A stretch of DNA of 64,000 nucleotides from Barthelona sp. PCE (GCA_040285745.1 JAUFOR010000001.1:248001-312000), one strand, 5' to 3'; positions 9,950-20,764 are shown, counted from the stretch's first letter. The notes: generated by a model from the sequence alone, not told the origin. Translations and numbers: made by a program.

Positions 9950-11236
9950 TTAGTCAATGATTCTGTTGATGTTAAATTCGTTAGATAAAGGGCTTTCCGT
10001 TTCTGAACGAGGACTCACCAATGTAAGGGAATTGAACTCCAAATTTTCATCGTTAATCGATATAACAACGTTCTCAGGTGGGATAATAGGTGAAATAACT
10101 GATGAAGTGGTTGGAATTTCGTTCATTTGAGTGAGATCTGTATGATCAACCTCTTTTGTTGGTGTTTCACTTCTCTCGCTCTCTGTTTCGGTATCAGTTG
10201 ATGCTGCCACTATTGTTTCATTCGTTTTGACTTCTTCTTCAGAGTTCAGGTATTGATTGCTTATTCTTTGACTGTTTGCTGGTCTCGACGGCCTATTCGT
10301 GGCGTTATCTATGCAACGTGGCACGCATGCACTCCCTTCATTTGCTTCCTCTTGCGTAGGTGCTCGTAGTCTCTCCTCATTTGCAGGTGTCGTTGGTTTA
10401 ACTTCCACTTCTTCCTCATCATCAGAAGTCGGATTGCGTGAAATTACCACTGCCCGCGATGTCCTTCGTACTTTAGGCATGCGATGCCTTCCTAACTCTG
10501 CTTTCTGTTTCGCCATTCTCTGTTTGACAATAAACTCAAAAGTAGTCATATTATGGGCGATAAGGTTGATGTGGAAGAATAGAAGTTGTAAAATCAAAAC
10601 ACAACATGGTATTGATATTACTGTAACGACTGTGATACCAATGAGCAGGAAAATTGGTGATGAATGACGGAGATACTCGTTGTATACAGGCTGAAGCTTG
10701 AACAACCACGAGCAAACAAGATAAACGCCCAAAAATAGAAATACTAACACTAAGAAGCTGGATATAGATAGAAAAACAAAGAACGCTTTATAGTTTGCGT
10801 TTCCAATACAATTATTTAACCATACACAGTGGTGATCAAAGCGTTCGGTGCATTTGTTGCATATCCTGCAGTGTTTTGATTCCTTTCTTACAGTCGTATT
10901 GCAGTAATTACAGAAATTCTTTCGACTGATTGTTCGTTTTCCCCTCTGTAAAGGTTGCCATATGATAAACTTGCGTGACCTATCGAGGTTTCTATCTGCA
11001 GGATTGATTGCTGTGCATATGATGTTTGATATCCACATGCAAACATAAAAAAAGACACCAACCCATAAAAACCATGTGCTGAGGGGATATGGGAGTACAG
11101 CTATGTAGAAAAAGACATAACAAAAGCCAAATACAACCATTAGAATCCATGCAACAATTTGAAGTCCTGCCAAGGGACGATTAAACCCGTTTCTTCGCAC
11201 AGGAACCTTGGTGCCCGGGGGGTATGAGCGCACCAT
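9950..11236 (-). CDS. DHHC palmitoyltransferase (ZDHHC1/11-like)
   Basis: SKHCRICNKCTERFDHHCVWLNNCIG, TTFE motif, 4 TM segments, N-terminal RRNGF. Confidence 0.93.
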   Translation of the reverse strand: MVRSYPPGTKVPVRRNGFNRPLAGLQIVAWILMVVFGFCYVFFYIAVLPYPLSTWFLWVGVFFYVCMWISNIICTAINPADRNLDRSRKFIIWQPLQRGKRTISRKNFCNYCNTTVRKESKHCRICNKCTERFDHHCVWLNNCIGNANYKAFFVFLSISSFLVLVFLFLGVYLVCSWLFKLQPVYNEYLRHSSPIFLLIGITVVTVISIPCCVLILQLLFFHINLIAHNMTTFEFIVKQRMAKQKAELGRHRMPKVRRTSRAVVISRNPTSDDEEEVEVKPTTPANEERLRAPTQEEANEGSACVPRCIDNATNRPSRPANSQRISNQYLNSEEEVKTNETIVAASTDTETESERSETPTKEVDHTDLTQMNEIPTTSSVISPIIPPENVVISINDENLEFNSLTLVSPRSETESPLSNEFNINRIID

Positions 11237-11314
11237 AAGATATACTTACCAATGAATTCGTTCCCAACGACGAAAAAAGATGAAAAAAATTTAACACGCC
11301 AACAATCAATTTAC

Positions 11315-12400
11315 TTAAATTGGAACCGAATTTCCACTGTAATTGAACACAAAGTCCGAATTGAATGCAACATCATCAACATCAGCTGCCTGATCATCAG
11401 TATAAGTTTTCCTTTTCGCCAAAATCGACATTTGCAACCGTTCCATCAACGTTCGCATGACAATTATGTTGGTTTCTATAGAACTGAGACGGTCAATGGT
11501 TATTTCCTTTTTTGTGTGAGTATTCCAATGGGCTATGGAAATATGTGCACAAATAAGGAGGATCCTTACTGTAACAAATGCAATTGAGCCGAACCCCAAA
11601 TGTATCCTATATCTTTGATTGCAAAAAACAAACACAAAAAACAAGAGAAAATGAAAAAGTCTTCGTTTTTCGAGAAAGAGAAATAAAAACAGGCAATACA
11701 CAATGTACTGTAATAGAGACCCTATTGTAACATGTCTTGAAAGCAAAAAAGTGTTCAAACTATTCAAACTTTTTTGTAAACCTCCAAGTAAACCGCTATA
11801 TGCCTCTAGTAACTCTATTTGCTGAGAATGTACCTCGTCATGCAACACAACAAACTCATTGAAACCCTCATTGAGTTTAGAAAAAGAACTGAAAAATTTT
11901 TTCTGTAGAAGGTTTGCATCTTCTATTAGCTCCAAAGTTATTGCACTACTTTCTAACAAACTCTCGAAATGGGTTACAAAGAACTCATTGAACTTGGTTT
12001 GGTCAAGAAAATGACAGAAATTGTGTGCAAAATTTAGGTAGATTGAAAAACTTGTAAATAGTTGATATTTCAATAATTCTCCCTTGCATCCCCTTGCATT
12101 CCAGGCACTGCACCGCAGTTCCTGATCGAAAATTTTCTCTACATAGCAGTTAAGAAGTCGGAGAGCCACATACTCACGATCAACATCTCCTAGCATATTA
12201 CAGTGTTCTTTGATGTCTCTGTCCTCGTAAAGACTCACCCAGCACGTTGAATAGTTGCCAGGAAGCTCTATATTAGATATTACATCCCTATATCGTTTGG
12301 AGAAGTTTTTTAATATAAAATTGCCCTCAGAAACAATATTATCTATCTTTGCCGTCGATATAACTAACAAGAAGAAAAAAAAAATTAGCCTGTAAGACAT
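11315..12400 (-). CDS. GEX1: GEX1/KAR5/Brambleberry-family nuclear membrane fusion protein
   Basis: Signal peptide, Cys-rich domain CW...C...ALRLLNC...C...C...F..F...CHFL, coiled-coil-like segment, about 3 C-terminal TM helices. Confidence 0.75.
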   Translation of the reverse strand: MSYRLIFFFFLLVISTAKIDNIVSEGNFILKNFSKRYRDVISNIELPGNYSTCWVSLYEDRDIKEHCNMLGDVDREYVALRLLNCYVEKIFDQELRCSAWNARGCKGELLKYQLFTSFSIYLNFAHNFCHFLDQTKFNEFFVTHFESLLESSAITLELIEDANLLQKKFFSSFSKLNEGFNEFVVLHDEVHSQQIELLEAYSGLLGGLQKSLNSLNTFLLSRHVTIGSLLQYIVYCLFLFLFLEKRRLFHFLLFFVFVFCNQRYRIHLGFGSIAFVTVRILLICAHISIAHWNTHTKKEITIDRLSSIETNIIVMRTLMERLQMSILAKRKTYTDDQAADVDDVAFNSDFVFNYSGNSVPI

Positions 12401-12571
12401 TGAAAACAAAAAAACACGTATTACTATGTTTTTTGCATATAGTTGTCCTAAATTCCTTTAAAATATCTAAATACACCATAATTAGCTTGAAAAATACGCA
12501 AAACAAAGAAATACAATGATTTATCGTTTATCACCATTTTCAAATCTTTTGGCTGGTCATATCCTGTATAT

Positions 12572-14182
12572 GTGGATCTAAATATGAAAGCATACGCGTT
12601 TAGCCTTTTTGAATCTGTTCAATCACAGCTGGAGGATGATGGTGATTTGACTCTTAGTGTACAAATTGCAACTACCTATCTTCAACTCGCACACACGAAA
12701 AGGGCCCAGTTTACAAGCTCATTTGATTTTTTCCGGAATTCTCACGCCTTATGGTGGCCCAATGTACCAAAGAAATTTCTACTCAACAACCACAGAGATA
12801 TCAAGGCTTTGACAAAGAAGAAAGCTCTTGATTTGGCGGTCAAGGGCATTCCATATTCCCTTAAAACCGTTGCTTATAAGCTCATTTGTTTTAATGATGC
12901 CCATTGTTCTGTTAATGGTTTATTTAACGAGCACACGAATGTTTTATTCGATGATTTCAAGATCACAGGCGGAATTGATGAAATCCTTGTGAAGCTTAAA
13001 AGTCATATTGGAGTCTTGTATACTCCACATTTCGAATCTTTGCGTCTAGTAGGCAGGAAGCTTACCATTCTTATGCTTATTTGCCTTGAGCGCTTGCTGG
13101 GGAGTAACATTCCTTCATTATTCGGTACTATAGCTTATCTTTTGTTATTTTTTGTTTCAAGTGATATGACACTAAATTTACTTGTTTTTCTTATGAATCT
13201 AAGTCGCGCAGAGACCCCCACCAAGCTCCTTTTACCGTTGGAGGAGGACCGGATGCTGAAGTTTACTTCCAGTATTTTGCCAGCATTGTCAGCTGATTTT
13301 ATTCTTTGGTGCAACGGTCGCTTTGATTTACTGTATTTCCTGCTGGAAACTATTGAGTTCTTCGGTTTAAACGTATTTGATAATATTCATGTTGCTTTTT
13401 TAATGCTGGATATGTATATGGGTCATGGTCTACATGCTATACTTGTTTTTTTGGCAGCTACACTTAACTACATCACAGACGCTTTCTTGGAGGGTAACGG
13501 AACACTGTTGAGTTTGAAAACACTCTTGAGTGGTTTGAATTACGATGATTTTTCAAAGATTTTAAAATTGCAAAAGAGAATTGTTATTTCAATTAATGAC
13601 GACGATGACATGGCATTGTACAACACAGCAACGCTGAACACACATAGTTTAACCCGTAATTCTAATCTGAACATACCGCCTGAGTTGCCTTTGGAGTTTA
13701 CAGAATTTTTGTACGAATTGGAAGCGTTGGATGCATTCCCGCAACGTATGTATTTTAGAAAGAGCCACGTGGTGTTTGATAGTCATGTCGACGGTCTTAG
13801 CATGCAGACTTTTCACAGCAAAATTGTTAGTGGAAAGCCTGCTGTTTTTATGTGTGATACAAAGGATTTCTGGTTCGCAATGCTGTTTTCCCCATACTTT
13901 CACGTGTCCAATACCCATTTCTACGGTGATTCATATAGTTTCGTAGCTATAAAGAACAAGGAAACCAATGAAGTAACGGTATCTCATCCAATAAGAGATA
14001 GGTGTAAGCTGTTCTGCTCAGACAATGTTATCAGTGCAGGTGCAGATGAAGGACATGCGGTGTGTTACTTCAACACTTTGAAATGGGTTACTCTTGAGGT
14101 CAGCACAGCTTATCAGCCTAACATTGTGGATAGGAGTATTAAAGTGCGTGTGTTACATTCATTTGTAGCTAGTTTTATGTAA
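12572..14182 (+). CDS. TLDc-domain protein with degenerate TBC-like N-terminus (TBC1D24-like architecture); exact start uncertain
   Basis: VFDSHVDGLSMQTFHSK and FYGDSYSFV are TLDc hallmarks; KGIPYSLK resembles the TBC GIP..LR motif. Confidence 0.7.
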   Translation: MDLNMKAYAFSLFESVQSQLEDDGDLTLSVQIATTYLQLAHTKRAQFTSSFDFFRNSHALWWPNVPKKFLLNNHRDIKALTKKKALDLAVKGIPYSLKTVAYKLICFNDAHCSVNGLFNEHTNVLFDDFKITGGIDEILVKLKSHIGVLYTPHFESLRLVGRKLTILMLICLERLLGSNIPSLFGTIAYLLLFFVSSDMTLNLLVFLMNLSRAETPTKLLLPLEEDRMLKFTSSILPALSADFILWCNGRFDLLYFLLETIEFFGLNVFDNIHVAFLMLDMYMGHGLHAILVFLAATLNYITDAFLEGNGTLLSLKTLLSGLNYDDFSKILKLQKRIVISINDDDDMALYNTATLNTHSLTRNSNLNIPPELPLEFTEFLYELEALDAFPQRMYFRKSHVVFDSHVDGLSMQTFHSKIVSGKPAVFMCDTKDFWFAMLFSPYFHVSNTHFYGDSYSFVAIKNKETNEVTVSHPIRDRCKLFCSDNVISAGADEGHAVCYFNTLKWVTLEVSTAYQPNIVDRSIKVRVLHSFVASFM

Positions 14183-14255
14183 ATATTAAGGTCATGTTTT
14201 TTTTTATTTCCCTTTTCACTTATTTTCAAGGTGCAGTTTTTAAAGCGGTGATTAT

Positions 14256-15743
14256 ATGCATATAAAGGATGCTAAACAGATTGCGAAGTTGCAAATTCAT
14301 GAAGCTCCATCATCTTTTTCTAATAACTCGTTGATATTTAACGAGGAACATCATTGTTTGATGATAATGACGGACAGGGCCTCAATATTCTACGATTGCG
14401 AAGTTCAAAGCGCAATAGCAACACTCAAGCACATTTTTTATTTATCTGACGATGGAGAGCAGTGTGTGGCTCATTGTACTTGTGACAATCTTTACTTTGT
14501 CGCATCCAACACAAACATTTTCGCATTTCGACTTGACAAGCCTCTCACAGAATATCGCAGCGTTGCTCTTCCTTTTCGTTGTTTTGATATTACTTACATA
14601 AATAACAGCATCGTTTTGGCTGGTGGGAACGGTCTTCTGGTCGCTTCATACCCAGATATATTTTTGAAAACAGGCTTCAGTACTGCTGTTCGCATCAGTG
14701 AGAATACTGCTATTCTTCGTATTTTCTCAAGCCAAAAGCATCAAAGTATGGGAGTTCTCTGTCTCAGCGGGAGGATAGGTGCATATTTTGATGTCAAGAC
14801 TTTTTTTGACGTTGATGCCGACGACAGTTTTGTGTTATTTCCTCCAGTATCACGCCACAATGTAGAGTCCACTGATATGGTCTTTACCTCCGACGGCGGA
14901 GCAATATACGGCAATTCGAATAGATACGTTAAGGTATCAAAACGCACAGATGAATTCTTTTGTGATTTTTTAAGTATGTTTGATTCTAAGCAAAAAGTTT
15001 CGTTTTGTGGTGAATTTTCTGATTATTGTGTTTTATCGCAGCGTTATAATAACAAAAATGGCTCATCAGAGAATTTTATTCTAGGTTCACTTTTTCTGGA
15101 TGGAGAAGGAATGATTATACATATACTAAACAAGAATACTATGCAACCAGTTGCAAAATATGACATGAAAGGCGTTAATCGTATTCTAGGTCTTTCTTTA
15201 TGTAGTATAGGGTTGTTTGTGCATGTTTGTGAGGGTAATACTTGCAGTATACATCTTGTAGAGCCATATCCCACAGAAGCACGCATACATAGGCCCGTAT
15301 TTGTATCCTGGTATGGAAACGTATACTATTTTGAGGATGTTTTTATTTGGAGGGAGAAAAGAGTCGATACTGGAGGAAAAAGAATAGAAGAGTTGGTGTG
15401 GATCAGTGATAATGAGCTATTAGTCCAGTTTAAGGACCAAGCGCTGCTTTTAAGCGATGGGGAAATGGAAGAGTTCAGTGCACAGCCAGGATCTGTGTTT
15501 TTAGATGGAGTATTTTCTGTTGAGATGATCCAGGGGATGCACTTTCTGTACAACAGACGCACACACGAAGCGTATTTGCTGAACAAGAAGCTTGGATTAC
15601 GATCCATTTTGAGTTATTTTCTGGAGGATAATATTCTCACAATATCTTACAAAAGATATGATTTAGTTGAAGAAATACAGTACCACCTCACTCTTTTTAC
15701 AACAAACAAAATTATTCATCTTTCTGAGGAACGCCAATGCTAA
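14256..15743 (+). CDS. Hypothetical protein, probable beta-propeller
   Basis: 495-aa ORF with repeated short beta-strand patterns; no specific family recognised. Confidence 0.6.
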   Translation: MHIKDAKQIAKLQIHEAPSSFSNNSLIFNEEHHCLMIMTDRASIFYDCEVQSAIATLKHIFYLSDDGEQCVAHCTCDNLYFVASNTNIFAFRLDKPLTEYRSVALPFRCFDITYINNSIVLAGGNGLLVASYPDIFLKTGFSTAVRISENTAILRIFSSQKHQSMGVLCLSGRIGAYFDVKTFFDVDADDSFVLFPPVSRHNVESTDMVFTSDGGAIYGNSNRYVKVSKRTDEFFCDFLSMFDSKQKVSFCGEFSDYCVLSQRYNNKNGSSENFILGSLFLDGEGMIIHILNKNTMQPVAKYDMKGVNRILGLSLCSIGLFVHVCEGNTCSIHLVEPYPTEARIHRPVFVSWYGNVYYFEDVFIWREKRVDTGGKRIEELVWISDNELLVQFKDQALLLSDGEMEEFSAQPGSVFLDGVFSVEMIQGMHFLYNRRTHEAYLLNKKLGLRSILSYFLEDNILTISYKRYDLVEEIQYHLTLFTTNKIIHLSEERQC

Positions 15744-17316
15744 AACCAACTAAACCAAAGATTAGACCGAGAATAAATATAACAATGAACCACAATGGTT
15801 GGTCGATGATCGATTCGATAGTAATATTTCCGCTGTTCTTCTCAAGTACTTCAATCGCTGTCTTTAATTCTTTAATCTCTGTAACTTTGGTTTCCAATGT
15901 TTCACCGCTCTCCTTCAGCAATAAACCGCGCTCTTCTACTGTTGTCTGCAAACGGCCAAGGTCTAAAACGGCTTCATCGTTCTTCTGTTTGAGGTTAATA
16001 ATTTCAGCATTTTTCTCTGCGACAGCAGTTTGAATTTCCTCAATTGCAACTTCTTTCTCCTTAACCACATCGTTCAAGCGATCTACTTCAAGAGTAGAAT
16101 CGTCCAATAGCTTCTTTGTTGAGTTCAATTGGAACTCTGTATCGATCACAGATTCTTCCATTTTTCCCAATTCACTGTTTTTCCTCTCCAATTCTCCATG
16201 AAGAACAGTGTACTCGGCTTCCTTTGTATTGATATCCCGCTCATATTCACTAATTTCACGATTCAAAGTTTTCACTTGCTGTGAGAGAGAGTCGATTGTG
16301 ACTGCCATTTCATCCTCAGTCTTATCAGCCCTCAGGTCGTCAATGGTCTTGTTAAGCTCCTTGATCTCATCGGTGTTGACATTCTTATAATCATCAAACA
16401 TTTTGTGCTGGGTATCTAATTCCCCATTCAGGGTTTCGATTTTAATTTTCAACTCTGATACTTCCGTCTCGAGGTTTCCCTTCAAGTTTTTCATTAAGCG
16501 CATAGATTCCCTTGCTTCATTTAACTCTCTTGTGGTTGTCTGTATTTCAATGTCATTCTGCTCCTTTTTCTGTCTGAGCTCAGTGATCTCATCGTTAAGT
16601 TCCTTGCGATCGGCTGTTGCGCTTTCATCCATCTCCTTCAGCTTGTTGTTCAGTGTAATCTTGATATCTTCAGTCTCCGATCGGCAATCATCTACAGTTC
16701 TTTTCAAACTTGAAACCTGCTTGCGCATGATCTCGCTGCTCTCCCTCAATTCGTGATTCACCTCCTCAAGCTCCTTAATACGTGATTCAAGACTTGCCTT
16801 GATAGCAAGCAACTTCACCGTCTCTCCATCGTTCCTATCGGTTGTGGGCGGACGAATGAGTTTACCAGGAGAAACTGCACGGCGGAACGCAGCAGGGCTC
16901 AGAGCGGACGTGCTTCTGTTCCTCTGCATCGGTGCTGCTGTTGCATCGAAACTGAGACGAAGTGGCGTTGTTGAGTTTACGTTTTCTCCGTAAATCGTCC
17001 AAATTTCACGTGAAAAGGGGTCGATCTCGGGGTCTACATCTTTAAGATCCATGTGCAGAATGAGAAAACGATCTCCGCTAATATCAGTATCAACATTAAG
17101 GTTATTTTCGGTGACAGCAACCTTTAGAACCTTGGTTTCCCTCGGGCCAATAACACCTACGGGTTCTTGGACACCGTATCTCTTTGGCTTGTTTGTTTTA
17201 AACTTGAAAAGCACTGCATTGTCACAATTGCTAGTAAGGGTTACCTTTGCATGGCTATTCTTCTCAAAACTTGAGAAATGCACCAGATTTGTGTCTAAAC
17301 TAACCAAATCACTCAT
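15712..17316 (-). CDS. VAP-family protein: MSP domain, long coiled coil, C-terminal TM anchor
   Basis: VLFKFKTNKPKRYGV...DRFLI MSP signature, heptad-rich region, tail anchor LWFIVIFILGLIFG; first ATG at 17316. Confidence 0.85.
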   Translation of the reverse strand: MSDLVSLDTNLVHFSSFEKNSHAKVTLTSNCDNAVLFKFKTNKPKRYGVQEPVGVIGPRETKVLKVAVTENNLNVDTDISGDRFLILHMDLKDVDPEIDPFSREIWTIYGENVNSTTPLRLSFDATAAPMQRNRSTSALSPAAFRRAVSPGKLIRPPTTDRNDGETVKLLAIKASLESRIKELEEVNHELRESSEIMRKQVSSLKRTVDDCRSETEDIKITLNNKLKEMDESATADRKELNDEITELRQKKEQNDIEIQTTTRELNEARESMRLMKNLKGNLETEVSELKIKIETLNGELDTQHKMFDDYKNVNTDEIKELNKTIDDLRADKTEDEMAVTIDSLSQQVKTLNREISEYERDINTKEAEYTVLHGELERKNSELGKMEESVIDTEFQLNSTKKLLDDSTLEVDRLNDVVKEKEVAIEEIQTAVAEKNAEIINLKQKNDEAVLDLGRLQTTVEERGLLLKESGETLETKVTEIKELKTAIEVLEKNSGNITIESIIDQPLWFIVIFILGLIFGLVGFSIGVPQKDE

Positions 17317-17450
17317 TGAAAAGGATAAAAAAATGTAAGTCGAGTGTACAATGATAAACTCACACAATTAAAGGATAAACAACCAGCAATAGCAATATGT
17401 AAACTGTTAAACATTATAGAGTCTTTGGCGGAACAAGCACAGTTATTTAT

Positions 17451-18017
17451 TTAGTATGTAAAACACACGGAATCTCTGATATTATCAGATACTTCAGCGC
17501 TGACTATGTGGCGGACCATCTCCAATGCCCACTCAACAGAAGTTCCCAAAGCACGAGAGGTGATAATCTTAGCTTCAATCTCGACAACAACATTATCAGT
17601 TTTATAAGTGACGTTATCAGCAGCAGAGATGATCTCATCCTCAACACCAGGCCAGCTTGTACATGAAAGATTATCAAGTAAGCCACATCTGGCGAGAATC
17701 ATTGGAGCTGCACAAACAGCACAAATCCATACACCGCGTTCCTTGGCGCGTTTGAGCTCTTCATGTAAGATTTCATGCTCAGCAACAACGCTAAAGGTAC
17801 CAGGACCACCAGGGACAACAAAAGCATCATAATCATTGCCATTAAAATCTTCCCAAGTGATGTCAGCCCTAAAAGTGAACCCATGTGCGCCATTTATCAT
17901 GATTGCATTGGTTAGAGAGATCATATCGACATCTACTTTGGCTCTTCTTAAGATATCTACAGCTGAAATCATCTCACATGGCTCAATACCATTAAATGTA
18001 AAAACCGCAAACTTCAT
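17451..18017 (-). CDS. DJ-1/PfpI (ThiJ/YajL) family protein
   Basis: GIEPCE..SAVDILRRA, YDAFVVPGG, AVCAAP nucleophile elbow, IITSR. Confidence 0.92.
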   Translation of the reverse strand: MKFAVFTFNGIEPCEMISAVDILRRAKVDVDMISLTNAIMINGAHGFTFRADITWEDFNGNDYDAFVVPGGPGTFSVVAEHEILHEELKRAKERGVWICAVCAAPMILARCGLLDNLSCTSWPGVEDEIISAADNVTYKTDNVVVEIEAKIITSRALGTSVEWALEMVRHIVSAEVSDNIRDSVCFTY

Positions 18018-18340
18018 CTATGTGTGTGTGTGTAGTTGAAAACGTTAAAAATGTGAACAACGTAAAAAAGCAGGAAACAATGCTTTGGAATGCAGAATGT
18101 ACTAATTGTGGTTTTTCATGAATTATTGTGTACTTTGACCACCCATTTGATTGGAAAAGACTATATTCTTTGTTGTGCTTGGTTTTGACACTCAAAGCAT
18201 TGTTTTTGCATAATTATGGTTTGAATGTGTAGAATACGGATTAAAATATTAACTACCTTAATATTTTACCAATGAATATCGGATCATTGAACATAGAAAT
18301 GTTTTAGCAATACAAACCCATTTCAAGGAGCATTTATAGT

Positions 18341-20050
18341 ATGAATGCCCAAAACGTGCTCCAAAAGGCGGAGCAATTCTTCCAAGATGCCCCAGACCTC
18401 TATCCAGGGGAAACCTTTACACACAAAATTCCAAATATTAAACTTTTAAGTTCAAACCCATCATCCGTGCGTGGATCGCTAGCTTTGACGAGCCATCGCA
18501 TTACATTCAAGAGGTACGGTCTCTCAAGCACGCAAGGGGACTTTTTTATTAATATTCCTTACGCTGCAATCAGAAATATTCAAAAGGTAGGCAACAGATC
18601 TCGCACAAGAAGTGCATACTACATTGAAATCGAGACTAAGGACTTTCGTGTGTATCGTTTCGGCTTTGTTCGTCATAATTCTCAGAGAGGAACTGTGTTC
18701 ACACATGTTCTTGAGCAGCTATCAATGGTTCCTCTTCCAATGTTATGCACTCTCCCCGTGCAGGGCATATCGAGTGAGAAGAAGGCAGGTAACGGATGGC
18801 ATTTGTATAATGATGTTGTTGATTATCATCGAATGGGCCTTGTGGGACCCAAGAGTGACGGGAAGCTCGTCATCACTAACCAGAACAGGAACTTCCAGAT
18901 CTCCCCAACATACCCACCTCAATTTGTTATTCCAAGACATGCGGAGAATATTCTTCAAGACGTTTGTGCATTTCGGTCACGAGCACGCGTCCCCGTTGCC
19001 ACTTTCAAGTACAACGATTCGGCACTGTGGCGTTCCTCGCAGCCATGTGTAGGTATCCTGAACACATTGAGCGAGGAGGACGTGAGCTATCTGGGTATGA
19101 TTGGTCCGACCGTTTTTGTCCTCGATTGCAGACCAATGGCGAACGCGTACGGTAATAGGGCGACAGGCAAGGGGTTTGAGACAGCACAGTACCGTAACGT
19201 CCAGCTATGGTGGGCTAATATCGAGAACATCCACGTCATGAGGGAGAGCATGTGTCGAGTTAAAGCTGCAGTCTTTGAGCCATTGGTTGACGAAACTACC
19301 CGCAGTGCCTTTGGCATAGTTAACGGAGATGTAGCACACAGCGTTCCAAAACCTTCATTCATGCCTGTAATTGATGATAGCGCATTCTATCACATCTTGC
19401 ACCAAAGCGGCTGGCTGCAGCACATCAGGACGATGCTCCAGGCGGCAGCAGTTGGCGTGGAGGTTCTGAGAGGAGGAACTAGCGTCCTCGTACACTGCTC
19501 AGACGGGTGGGATCGAACTGCACAGGTTTGCTGTTTGATAGAGATGTGTTTAGATCCATTTTATAGGACATCTCGCGGCCTATGCTCTCTTATAGAGAAG
19601 CATTTCATCACATACGGTCATAAGTTTTTAGATCGGACCCTTTTTTATCAACATGAGTCCAAGAAATCATTCGGGCTCAAAATAGGTTCATCAATGAATC
19701 ATAAGGAGAAGCAGAGGGAGGAGTCGCCCATTTTCTTACAGTTTATCGATGGCGTCTATCAGCTACTCAATCAATTTCCGAATCATTTTGAATTCAACCA
19801 AACTTTGCTCATTGACATTTTAGACGGTTTCTTTGACGGAATTAGTGGAACATTCCTTTCGAATACAATCAAAGAGCGGTTTCAGAATAGTTTGATGATG
19901 TATCCAAGTTTATGGGATCTGTTAGAGTTGGAGCACGTTAAATATCTCAATTTGGATTATTCTCCGTTTTCTGAGAGCATCCTTCCGAAGATTAAGATGA
20001 GAAACATCGCGTTCTGGAAGGATTATTACTGTAGGTATAGTGAACAATAG
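18341..20050 (+). CDS. Myotubularin-family phosphoinositide phosphatase (GRAM + PTP domains)
   Basis: VLVHCSDGWDRTAQ catalytic motif, FRSRARVP, IENIHVMR, SPIFLQFID. Confidence 0.96.
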   Translation: MNAQNVLQKAEQFFQDAPDLYPGETFTHKIPNIKLLSSNPSSVRGSLALTSHRITFKRYGLSSTQGDFFINIPYAAIRNIQKVGNRSRTRSAYYIEIETKDFRVYRFGFVRHNSQRGTVFTHVLEQLSMVPLPMLCTLPVQGISSEKKAGNGWHLYNDVVDYHRMGLVGPKSDGKLVITNQNRNFQISPTYPPQFVIPRHAENILQDVCAFRSRARVPVATFKYNDSALWRSSQPCVGILNTLSEEDVSYLGMIGPTVFVLDCRPMANAYGNRATGKGFETAQYRNVQLWWANIENIHVMRESMCRVKAAVFEPLVDETTRSAFGIVNGDVAHSVPKPSFMPVIDDSAFYHILHQSGWLQHIRTMLQAAAVGVEVLRGGTSVLVHCSDGWDRTAQVCCLIEMCLDPFYRTSRGLCSLIEKHFITYGHKFLDRTLFYQHESKKSFGLKIGSSMNHKEKQREESPIFLQFIDGVYQLLNQFPNHFEFNQTLLIDILDGFFDGISGTFLSNTIKERFQNSLMMYPSLWDLLELEHVKYLNLDYSPFSESILPKIKMRNIAFWKDYYCRYSEQ

Positions 20051-20332
20051 CATAGTTAAGTAAATCCATAGTTTTTGGTGCCAGTCACATCATCATAAGT
20101 TTTTCTTGTTTTTACAATTCATGAGAGAGAGATAGAGAGGCTGGCGTGACTGATGTTCTTGTGGACAGTTCTAAATTTATCCAAAGAAGAATTTGTTTCT
20201 TGGTTTACAACCCATTCGTGTGCTTTTGAACACTTTTCTTTTGCACTAGCTTCACTAAAGAACCGTTTTTATCCTACTCAAACATTCAAAACAACTTTCA
20301 AACGTTTCTACACCTTTTTACATATTGTCATA

Positions 20333-20764
20333 ATGATTCACTTTGTATTATTACAAAATAAGCAAGGAAAAACCCGATTCTCAAAGTTTTTCACATCTTG
20401 CAGCGAACAAGAACAGCGTCAAACTGAAGAAGAAGTTCTAAATTTAGTCTTACCTCGTAAAGATAAACAAACAAACTTTCTTGAATACAAATCATACCGC
20501 TTGATCTATAGAAGGTATCAGGCATTATATTTTATTCTCTGTGTTGATTTAGAAGACAATGAATTGATGTATCTTGAGTTCATTCACTTTTTAGTTGAAT
20601 GCCTAGATGCTGTATTCGAGGAAGTGTCTGAGCTGGACCTTGTCTATGGATTCCATAGAGTATATGCTGTAATTGATGAATTGATTTTAGCTGGAGAAAT
20701 TCAAGAAACTAGTCCAGAGGTAGTATTAGATAGAATGAGAGAAATGCATAATGCAGCACTGTAA
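20333..20764 (+). CDS. AP2S1: Clathrin adaptor complex sigma subunit, most like AP-2 sigma
   Basis: MIHFVLLQNKQGKTR, TNFLEY, IYRRY..LYF, ELDLV, LAGEIQETS; the family N-terminus aligns with the ATG at 20333. Confidence 0.85.
   Translation: MIHFVLLQNKQGKTRFSKFFTSCSEQEQRQTEEEVLNLVLPRKDKQTNFLEYKSYRLIYRRYQALYFILCVDLEDNELMYLEFIHFLVECLDAVFEEVSELDLVYGFHRVYAVIDELILAGEIQETSPEVVLDRMREMHNAAL

Noticed and set aside
20153-20332. N-terminal extensions in the ORF track for AP sigma (also VAP, MATE, COMMD, LRR, GEX1)
   Set aside because: The extensions read through T-rich upstream DNA, mostly from non-ATG starts; family N-termini align with downstream ATGs
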